From a virus (Duplodnaviria > Caudoviricetes), in IMG/VR virus record IMGVR_UViG_3300046788_000030, positions 1 through 61,095 of that record: a stretch of DNA of 61,095 nucleotides. One strand, given 5' to 3'. The position numbers were made by a program, and so were the translations under genes. Below the pieces are notes generated by a model, which was not told where the DNA came from, searched no databases, and saw nothing but the letters and a program-made list of their open reading frames with translations. Positions 55,210-61,095 of this stretch are shown here, one piece after another; positions within the stretch are counted from its first letter, which is position 1; each line of letters opens with the position of its first letter.

Positions 55210-56312
55210 TTGCTCACTCCGTTGATCAGCTTGCTGATGTGCGGTGCCGTCACCCACAACTTGTAGTCACGGCAGCTATGGATGAACGACGTATGCTCGT
55301 CATTGACTTTCTTCAGGCGCTCGTTCATCAGGTTGAAGAAGCACACCTGCATCTCGTTCTGGTAACGTTGCATGTAGGTGGCGATAGGCACGAAGGTATT
55401 GCGGTTGACCATGTAGGCCAGCATGGTACTGATGGCGTACTGCTCGTGCAGCAGCTTCGACACCGATGCCTTCTTGGGGTCGGCCACGATGTCTTCCAGC
55501 GTGGTGATGTTGTCGAGCATCATGTTGAAGCTGTGGAACGCTGCCGCCATGCCGCTGCCGATGCTGCGCGGGATCTCCTCGGGCATCAGCGCCACGCCCG
55601 AAGTCTCCACGTCGGTCATGATGTTGGACACCCTGTCCCACGAGCGCAGGCTGGCCCAGATGCCCTGCTTCCCTTCTTGGAACAACAAGTCGTTCTCCAG
55701 CAGCTTGGGGTTTTCGAACACCTCCTTGTAGTTGTCGATCATGGTGGGATTGCGGATGCCGAAGGCAGCCACCCGCTCGTGCTTGGACTTCACCGCCTCG
55801 ACCATGTAGGGGATGTCCAGTTCCAGATTGAAGGAGAGGAAGCGCGACTGGTTGGCCCGCGACTCCACTTTCACCCCCGACTTGTCGCCGATGCGATTGC
55901 CGTCACCGACGAAGATGACGTGCGGCGGGATGCGGAAGTTGCCACCCACATCCTCGTGATTCCACATCTTCTGGAAGCCACGGCTGGTCTCCAGCCCCAT
56001 CAGCGCCTTCTCACCGACATAGATGATGCCGCACAACTCCGGTGTCTTGTAGTAATTGGGCAGGGTGCCGTCGTAGATCTTGCGCATCACCATCGCTTCC
56101 ATGTCCGGCACCGACATCACACCATCGGTAGGGGCCATGGTGCCGCCGTCCCACACTTCGAAGTGGAACTGCGGATCTTGCTGCTTGCGCATGCGGGCAT
56201 ACTCGGTGATCTGCCACGTCTTGCCCCATGCCGGTGGCGATTTGAGTTCGATGTTGTGTCCGCATCTTTCGGCGCGGCCCAGCAAAGCGGGTACTTGAGT
56301 CAGTGTTGCCAT
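55206..56312 (-). CDS. MoxR-like AAA+ ATPase with atypical Walker motifs
   Basis: SPPAWGKT Walker A, GIIYVGE at the Walker B position, GNR..D.SG sensor, SRF Arg finger, S.RSW..VS motif. Confidence 0.8.
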   Translation of the reverse strand: MATLTQVPALLGRAERCGHNIELKSPPAWGKTWQITEYARMRKQQDPQFHFEVWDGGTMAPTDGVMSVPDMEAMVMRKIYDGTLPNYYKTPELCGIIYVGEKALMGLETSRGFQKMWNHEDVGGNFRIPPHVIFVGDGNRIGDKSGVKVESRANQSRFLSFNLELDIPYMVEAVKSKHERVAAFGIRNPTMIDNYKEVFENPKLLENDLLFQEGKQGIWASLRSWDRVSNIMTDVETSGVALMPEEIPRSIGSGMAAAFHSFNMMLDNITTLEDIVADPKKASVSKLLHEQYAISTMLAYMVNRNTFVPIATYMQRYQNEMQVCFFNLMNERLKKVNDEHTSFIHSCRDYKLWVTAPHISKLINGVSK

Positions 56313-56335
56313 TTGCTTCTCCTAGTTAATGGTTA

Positions 56336-56524
56336 CTACTTGTTGATAGCGTTGATTGCATAGTCCAGTGCTTGCAAGCGCAACTGGAACTCGACCATCG
56401 CCATTGCCTTCTCCGACTCGCGCCACGAACGCTTGCGCTTGATGGACCTGATGTTCTCTTCCTGCACCATGCGCAGGTGTTCCAGCCGTTTCAGCACTTC
56501 TTCCTTCGTCATTGCTGTTGCCAT
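56336..56524 (-). CDS. Hypothetical protein
   Basis: MTKEEV...L...L.YAI.AI helical ORF filling the gap. Confidence 0.65.
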   Translation of the reverse strand: MATAMTKEEVLKRLEHLRMVQEENIRSIKRKRSWRESEKAMAMVEFQLRLQALDYAINAINK

Positions 56525-57033
56525 GCTCTGAGTCCTTTCAGTTGTCTACGGATCTTGCGAACTGCATTGATGGCGCGTATCTGTTTCTTGCACCATGCGG
56601 CCTCACGGGCTTCCAGCCGCTTGATCTTCACTGCTCGTATTGCTTCCTTGGTTGGTTTCGGTTTGGGTGGCTTGGGTTCAGGCGTGAGCAGCCCTACGAA
56701 ATACCCACGCTTGATACCACTGTTGATGCAGGTGTACAACGCCCGCTCGGGACTGGATACCTTGTTGCTTAACCATAGGTCGTTACACAGCCCTTGCAGG
56801 ATGGAGTACCAGCCCCGCGAGGGGGCGTAGACTACGTGATAGCGTTCGTTGGTAAGCCGGGTAACGTCGGTGTAGCTACGGCCATGACCCACGCTGATGG
56901 TGCCTTGGAAGGTCTCGCCGGTTACCGTTCGCCACAGCTTGCGCAGGATGCGTTCGCCTTCCACCGGATCGATCTCATCGGGGGTGTGGATCTTGAGGAA
57001 GTTCTCCCACAGCCGTTCGGATCTGGGTGTCAA
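56509..57033 (-). CDS. Hypothetical basic protein (TTG start)
   Basis: RBS AAAGGA lies inside the palindromic site. K/R-rich C-terminus. Confidence 0.7.
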   Translation of the reverse strand: MTPRSERLWENFLKIHTPDEIDPVEGERILRKLWRTVTGETFQGTISVGHGRSYTDVTRLTNERYHVVYAPSRGWYSILQGLCNDLWLSNKVSSPERALYTCINSGIKRGYFVGLLTPEPKPPKPKPTKEAIRAVKIKRLEAREAAWCKKQIRAINAVRKIRRQLKGLRAWQQQ

Positions 57034-57060
57034 TTGTCAGTTCCTTTCTGACTTCTGGCA
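57028..57060. promoter_or_regulatory. 33-bp palindromic site, copy C (inverted relative to A and B)
   Basis: TGTC aatt GTCAG ttccttt CTGAC ttct GGCA. Covers the RBS and TTG start of 56509..57033. Confidence 0.8.
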
Positions 57061-57064
57061 GGGG

Positions 57065-57301
57065 CTACAGATGCGCGGAGCAGACATACTCCAGCATGTA
57101 GGCCATGTAGTCGGGGTCGTTGAGTTGGTTGGTCACCTTGTTGATATGCTCCATGCGCGGGGCTACTACTACCTCGCGCAGGCGTTGGTGTTTGTCATGG
57201 CCCTCATCTCTCAGAATTAAAAGAGCTTCGTCAATATCGATCTTGCGGAACAGCAGCCCTACGTTGTAGATGGGTTTGGTGGGTGTGATCATGGACGCCA
57301 C
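57065..57301 (-). CDS. Hypothetical protein
   Basis: IN..T.Q.ND..Y.AYMLEY motif. Confidence 0.65.
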   Translation of the reverse strand: MASMITPTKPIYNVGLLFRKIDIDEALLILRDEGHDKHQRLREVVVAPRMEHINKVTNQLNDPDYMAYMLEYVCSAHL

Positions 57302-57534
57302 TCCCGGTTCATTCTTTCCCTTTCGCCTTCGGCATCCCGCTGCAATGCCACGTTCTCATCGATCAAGTCCTGCACCAACTCATCGGTGCTGTACACCGTG
57401 CACAAGGCGAGCAGTGCCTCGGCATTGCCCTTGCCCGCTTGGTCGATGACGTGCCACACCACGTCGACTTTCTCCTTGGTCTCGTCGATGCTCTCGATAC
57501 AGCCTGCTACATGGTTCACATGCCAGTCCATCAT
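57289..57534 (-). CDS. Hypothetical protein
   Basis: RBS GAGGA. ATGA overlap with the upstream gene. Confidence 0.65.
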   Translation of the reverse strand: MMDWHVNHVAGCIESIDETKEKVDVVWHVIDQAGKGNAEALLALCTVYSTDELVQDLIDENVALQRDAEGERERMNREWRP

Positions 57535-57809
57535 TCATCCTCACTTGTCAGTACATCGGTGGTTGGGGGTTCGTACTGATCGTTAACGTTGCCATCGATC
57601 ATCACCGCCAGTGGTATCAGTTCGTAGTCGTCATTGGTAGCGATGGGGTAGTTCACGGCGCACATCACGGCAACGGGGGTTCTATCCGATTTTCGCACCG
57701 CCGACATCAGGCAGATGTCCCCTTCCTTGATGGCCTTGACCAGCAGGTCGAAGTTCCTGATCTGCTCCTTGGTCAGGGGCTGGGTGTTGGGGGCTTCGAT
57801 CTTCTTCAT
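57531..57809 (-). CDS. DUF6117-like protein
   Basis: NF..L..A...G...LM......G/T.P..V.CAV......P.....DGN....Y.PP pattern. Confidence 0.65.
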   Translation of the reverse strand: MKKIEAPNTQPLTKEQIRNFDLLVKAIKEGDICLMSAVRKSDRTPVAVMCAVNYPIATNDDYELIPLAVMIDGNVNDQYEPPTTDVLTSEDE

Positions 57810-58180
57810 CACAGCCTCACGATCAGGTATTGAATGGCCTGCTCCGGGGTCCAGTCCCAATACTCCTTCAGCCCGTACTTGAACTTGATGGAGTCGATGC
57901 CGCGCAGCGAGCCACGACCACGCAGGACGATGCTCGACACGCGCACCCGGTGGATGGTCATGGGTGGGGTAGGCAGGCCCATGGCCAGCGTTTTGGGCTG
58001 GATGGCGTATTCGTACCAGCCCCCTTTCACGAGGTTCAGCACCTCGTGCAGGTACATGTAGCGCACCAGCACCGGAGTCTTGGTCTTCTTCCTGTCCCCG
58101 GTCTCGACGGCGTTGAACGCCTCGCGGCAGAGGATGGCGTGGTTGCGGTCCAGCACTGCTTCGTCAATCATCGCGCTCAC
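57809..58180 (-). CDS. Hypothetical protein
   Basis: GTG 58180 (or ATG 58171) start, coupled to the mini-ORF upstream. Confidence 0.65.
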   Translation of the reverse strand: MSAMIDEAVLDRNHAILCREAFNAVETGDRKKTKTPVLVRYMYLHEVLNLVKGGWYEYAIQPKTLAMGLPTPPMTIHRVRVSSIVLRGRGSLRGIDSIKFKYGLKEYWDWTPEQAIQYLIVRL

Positions 58181-58218
58181 TCGTCCCTCGCTTGCAGCAC
58201 TTCCTGTACGTCGTTCAT
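58177..58218 (-). other. 13-codon mini-ORF MNDVQEVLQARDE
   Basis: RBS AAGGA. ATGA overlap upstream and GTGA overlap downstream. Confidence 0.5.
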
Positions 58219-58403
58219 TCCCGTTCCTTATCGCTGTAAACTGGTGGCATATCCACACCGGTGGTCTTGATGGTGACCAGCACTGGCGGCCGGTCGGCTG
58301 CCGGGTTCAGCACCTGCAACAGTGCCTGTGCTTGGTTGCTGGCATCGATGGTGCTGGTCCAGCAGTAGCCATTGGCGTATATCATTTTGACTTGGTAGTT
58401 CAT
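58215..58403 (-). CDS. Hypothetical protein
   Basis: RBS AAGGA. ATG 58403 overlaps the upstream stop. Confidence 0.6.
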   Translation of the reverse strand: MNYQVKMIYANGYCWTSTIDASNQAQALLQVLNPAADRPPVLVTIKTTGVDMPPVYSDKERE

Positions 58404-59143
58404 TTTGGTTCCTTGGTCATGTTGACGATAGTGGCCCGCAACTGGTGGTTCTCGTCCTGCAGCTTCCGGTACTGCTGCATGGTGCCGTCCATGTCCCTCT
58501 GCAGGGCGTGGAAGCGACGCTCCCATTCATTGCATTCGAATTTCCATGCTTCACTGCGCTGCTCCACCTCCTTGATGTGGTCGATGGCCTCGCGCACCAC
58601 CTTCTTCTCGTTCTCATAGGCTATGTCCTGCATCACTTCGGTCAGCGCAGTGAGCAGCGGCTTGTCGGGGTCACCCTCGTTCCACACCTTCTGCAGGGTG
58701 TCCTTGAACTTTGCCGTGGCATCCTCGGGCCGGTTGCCGTCGCACACGGCGAACACCCCATCGGGGATGCGCAGGCTCTCCGCTGCCGTGGCCTTGCCCG
58801 CCTTGTAGTGGTCCTGCACCGCCTTGCTGCACGCCTCGTTCCACAACGGCAACTCGGTGTTCTCCTGCGAAGGGATCACGCACTCGTTGTCGTCGCAGTG
58901 GAAGGGCTGGCCAGCCTCGTACAGGCGGCCTTCGATGGTCTTGCCTGCTTCCAAGGCCACGGCGTTGACGACGAAGCCACCCATGGGGTTGCTGTAGTCG
59001 CGCAGGGCCGCGTTGCCGTAGCCCTCGATCTTGTTGCCGATCTTCACCGATCTGGTATTCGGCTCGCCTTCCTTGGTGATGGTGTAGAAGAACTCGCCCA
59101 TGGTGATGGTGGCGAACGGGGTGTAATGGTAGTGCTTGGTCAT
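58400..59143 (-). CDS. Hypothetical protein with C-terminal coiled coil
   Basis: RBS TAGGAG. 247 aa with strong GC3 codon bias. Confidence 0.75.
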   Translation of the reverse strand: MTKHYHYTPFATITMGEFFYTITKEGEPNTRSVKIGNKIEGYGNAALRDYSNPMGGFVVNAVALEAGKTIEGRLYEAGQPFHCDDNECVIPSQENTELPLWNEACSKAVQDHYKAGKATAAESLRIPDGVFAVCDGNRPEDATAKFKDTLQKVWNEGDPDKPLLTALTEVMQDIAYENEKKVVREAIDHIKEVEQRSEAWKFECNEWERRFHALQRDMDGTMQQYRKLQDENHQLRATIVNMTKEPK

Positions 59144-59162
59144 GCGATGCTCCTATTAAGTT

Positions 59163-59195
59163 TGCCAGAAGTAAGGTTGGACCTGACTTTTGACA
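59163..59195. promoter_or_regulatory. 33-bp palindromic site, copy A
   Basis: TGCC agaa GTAAG gttggac CTGAC tttt GACA. Lies between the stop at 59196 and the RBS of 58400..59143. Confidence 0.85.
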
Positions 59196-59453
59196 TTACT
59201 GCAACACCTTCGTGAGAAGGTGCACAATGGCCCGCGCCAGTTCGACACGGGCGTCACTGGCCTTGTGGATGGCCTTGATGGGCCGTGCGGCCAGCACCTC
59301 GGCCACGCTGGCTTCAACCATATCGTACGTACTACCGTCCCGCTCCTGCGCCTCGCGCTCGGCCACCGACTGGGGCCGGTTTTTCTTCATGGCCATGGTG
59401 GCCTTGAACTTGGCGGTGCGCTTGGCCTGTGCCTCGGGTGACAACTTAGGCAT
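59196..59453 (-). CDS. Hypothetical basic protein
   Basis: RBS GAGGTG. 85 aa. Confidence 0.65.
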   Translation of the reverse strand: MPKLSPEAQAKRTAKFKATMAMKKNRPQSVAEREAQERDGSTYDMVEASVAEVLAARPIKAIHKASDARVELARAIVHLLTKVLQ

Positions 59454-59715
59454 TCAGTTCACCTCTCTTGATCCAGATCTTGATGGTGCCGGTGGCGCTG
59501 TTGTGGTAGGTGCCCAGCAGGTGGCCAAGGGACACGTCATTGACTTCGATGACGGTCCCCACCTTGCTGATGGTGGCTTCCCACAAGGCAGCCTTGTGCG
59601 CGTTGAGGCGGATGGAGTAGCACCTGTGGGGCAGGTAGGTGTTGGTGGTGGCGTCGAGCAGCCTGTAAGGGCGGCGTACGTCCTGCCTCGGCACCAGCTT
59701 GAGGGCTGCACTCAT
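59446..59715 (-). CDS. Hypothetical protein
   Basis: RPYRL.D......LP.R.Y......A.....W..VG..IEV pattern. Confidence 0.65.
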   Translation of the reverse strand: MSAALKLVPRQDVRRPYRLLDATTNTYLPHRCYSIRLNAHKAALWEATISKVGTVIEVNDVSLGHLLGTYHNSATGTIKIWIKRGELNA

Positions 59716-59728
59716 TGGTTGTTCTCGT

Positions 59729-60181
59729 TCATTGCTTACCTTTCAGTGGTGTAGTGAGTGCTTTTGCTGTAGACCAGCCATGCTTGATGCGGAAGTGCAG
59801 GGTGCACAACAACATCTGCAACTCGCGTGCCCAGTTGGCCATGCTCATGGTGCGGCCTTGATAGGTGAGCATGTGCGATCCCCTGTTGGCACGCTTGTTC
59901 TCCTGCTGTTGCAGCGGCGTGGCCCAACGGCAATTGCTTGGGGTGTAGTTCTTGGCATGATCCAAGCGGTCGAGGGTGCACCCTTGCGGGCGCTCCCCCA
60001 TGTCGGCAAGGAAATGCTTGAACTGCGACCATCGCTGGCAGACGCGGATGCCCCTGCCCCCGTAGTGATGCCAGTCCTTATGATTGGAATTGCCGCATCG
60101 TGTGTGCATGGAGCGCCACGACCTATAGGTAGGAGTGACAGCGCCCTTTACTGCGTGCCCGTGCTGGTACTTGTGGTGCAT
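59729..60181 (-). CDS. HNH-type homing endonuclease-like protein
   Basis: HG......TY.SW..M..RC.......YGGRGI.VC.RW..F..FL.DMG.RP...TLDR.....Y.P.NCRWAT...Q..NKR. RBS AAGGAG before ATG 60181. Confidence 0.85.
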   Translation of the reverse strand: MHHKYQHGHAVKGAVTPTYRSWRSMHTRCGNSNHKDWHHYGGRGIRVCQRWSQFKHFLADMGERPQGCTLDRLDHAKNYTPSNCRWATPLQQQENKRANRGSHMLTYQGRTMSMANWARELQMLLCTLHFRIKHGWSTAKALTTPLKGKQ

Positions 60182-60434
60182 CCTGTTGCTCCTTGAAGTA
60201 TTGCCTTGCAAGTTGGATGTCGATGTAGAACACCTGCTTGGTGACAAGATTTTTGAGCGTCACATCCTTGAAGCGGTGGCTGTCGAGGGCCATCTTGAAG
60301 GCAGCCTTGGCTGCAGGCTGGGCATCCTGATAGTTGCGGCCGACTTGGGTGTACACCGTTTCGAACATCGACCCGGTTACGGTTGCGAACACGGCATAAG
60401 TGCCGGTGCTGGTCCTGCTGAAATCGAGGAACAT
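60123..60434 (-). CDS. Hypothetical protein
   Basis: RBS TAGGAG. 3' end overlaps the HNH gene by 59 nt. Confidence 0.65.
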   Translation of the reverse strand: MFLDFSRTSTGTYAVFATVTGSMFETVYTQVGRNYQDAQPAAKAAFKMALDSHRFKDVTLKNLVTKQVFYIDIQLARQYFKEQQDAPQVPARARSKGRCHSYL

Positions 60435-60443
60435 CTATTTCTC

Positions 60444-60599
60444 CTAATGAGTGGTACTGATGGTACTACAGATACGACGAAGACGGAGGTAGAGATCCGC
60501 CGCTTGACGCGCTTCGGCTATTGCCTTCTTCCTGCGTTGTGCGTTGCCTGACAGCCCCGTCTTCAGGGGCTGCAGCTTGTAGCTGTTCTTGAGTCTCAC
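60444..60599 (-). CDS. Small basic hypothetical protein (51 aa, not in ORF track)
   Basis: MRLKNSYKLQPLKTGLSGNAQRRKKAIAEARQAADLYLRLRRICSTISTTH. GTGA overlap, RBS AAGGA, exactly fills the gap. Confidence 0.6.
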   Translation of the reverse strand: MRLKNSYKLQPLKTGLSGNAQRRKKAIAEARQAADLYLRLRRICSTISTTH

Positions 60600-60835
60600 T
60601 GCTGGAATTCCTTGTTGAGGATGGCTACCTTCATCAGCGCGTGGATCTCGCGGTCCCTGCGCTTCTGCACTGCCTTGGCGGCGAGGGCTTTATCGTGGTC
60701 CGTCGGGAAGCTGACCACCTGCACGCCACGGGTTTCGGCCAGCACCCTGATTTTCTTCTGCTCCTTGGCGATGTTCATGCGGTAGGTGAATGCCGCTGCC
60801 TTGCTGCGTTGTGCCCTGCGTTCTGCGCGATTCAT
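60596..60835 (-). CDS. Hypothetical basic protein (MNRAERRA start)
   Basis: RBS TAGGAG. First gene downstream of the long non-coding region. Confidence 0.7.
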   Translation of the reverse strand: MNRAERRAQRSKAAAFTYRMNIAKEQKKIRVLAETRGVQVVSFPTDHDKALAAKAVQKRRDREIHALMKVAILNKEFQQ

Positions 60836-60937
60836 GTGAATCTCCTATCGAGTCGTACTGCTGTTGGGATGTGTACTGCACTGGTATTGAAGCCTGTTGT
60901 TCAAGCCTCAATATAAAGTGCCCTTGGGCTGCACCAT

Positions 60938-60970
60938 TGCCAAAAGTCAGATTGGAACTGACTTTTGACA
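60938..60970. promoter_or_regulatory. 33-bp palindromic site, copy B
   Basis: TGCC aaaa GTCAG attggaa CTGAC tttt GACA. CAAAAGTCAG/CTGACTTTTG is a perfect 10-bp inverted repeat. Confidence 0.85.
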
Positions 60971-61095
60971 TACATCGGTGCAGGTACGTGAGGGGGCCGT
61001 TTAGACTCTATTTCAAGTCATGCGTCCTTGTCCTCCAAGGGGATCGTAAGTCGGCTGTACGTATAGCTATCGAGGCACCAGTACCTGCATGCCCG

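Larger units (their letters stand above)
1..61095. mobile_element. Tailed dsDNA bacteriophage genome (podovirus-like), near complete, two convergent arms
   Basis: Contains TerL, portal, capsid, internal virion, tail, primase-helicase, PolA and SNF2 genes. Genes are densely packed with ATGA/GTGA overlaps. No host housekeeping genes and no tape-measure or sheath gene recognised. Confidence 0.95.

Noticed and set aside
53362-55266. 634-aa + strand ORF and other long antisense ORFs (e.g. 21127..23184, 35126..36589, 12977..14257, 50454..51866)
   Set aside because: Shadow ORFs from high GC3 bias on the opposite coding strand. They have no RBS or motifs and fully overlap well-supported genes.
59190-59220. 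+ strand sigma70 promoters from the TTGACA in palindromes A and B
   Set aside because: No acceptable -10 hexamer 16-18 nt downstream in either copy.
60552-60572. Hairpin CAGCCCC-GTCTTCA-GGGGCTG as a terminator
   Set aside because: No U-tract on either strand, and it lies inside the coupled 51-aa ORF 60444..60599.
60690-60971. 93-aa minus-strand ORF starting at palindrome B
   Set aside because: No RBS. It runs through the structured region and out of frame over 60596..60835, which has a strong RBS.
60990-61056. Hammerhead, twister or c-di-GMP riboswitch resemblance in the terminal structured region
   Set aside because: The core reads CUUACGA...CAAG instead of CUGANGA...GAAA. Twister and GEMM conserved nucleotides could not be placed. 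Kept only as an unclassified structured RNA.
1-61095. tRNA/rRNA genes, attP-integrase, alternative genetic code
   Set aside because: No cloverleaf or rRNA-like sequence seen and no integrase motifs. Genes tile the window under the standard code with all three stop codons used.

Overview
The window is about 61 kb of a GC-rich tailed dsDNA phage genome, probably podovirus-like and near complete, with no host genes. It has two convergent arms. The + arm (1-37399) is morphogenesis: a cluster of fibre/decoration genes, TerL, a HExxH orphan, portal, scaffold, an N4-gp56-family major capsid protein, head-tail adaptor, internal/ejection proteins including a 2377-aa polyvalent protein, tail genes and a small membrane protein. 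The - arm (37227-61095) is replication and early genes: AEP-primase/DUF927 helicase fusion, HTH regulator, SSB-like protein, SNF2 helicase, VRR-NUC, Cas4-like exonuclease, HNH, family A DNA polymerase, a MoxR-like AAA + VWA/metallopeptidase module and many small orphans. I saw no integrase, RNA polymerase, reverse transcriptase, CRISPR array, tRNA, TerS or endolysin. The most notable signals: (1) three copies of a 33-bp 13-7-13 palindrome (TGYC-N4-GTCAG-N7-CTGAC-N4-GRCA) in early intergenic gaps, one inside a structured non-coding region of at least 250 nt; (2) tail genes built from lectin-like modules, with Pro-rich FWTE tags ending three segments; (3) an R-S-E ADP-ribosyltransferase-like insert plus a zincin domain in the giant virion protein; (4) a 967-aa basic protein of 22-aa repeats; (5) an AAA ATPase with a degenerate Walker B whose module shares upstream motifs; (6) a 13-mer occurring exactly three times inside unrelated genes. 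All family assignments come from motif recognition by eye, not database searches.
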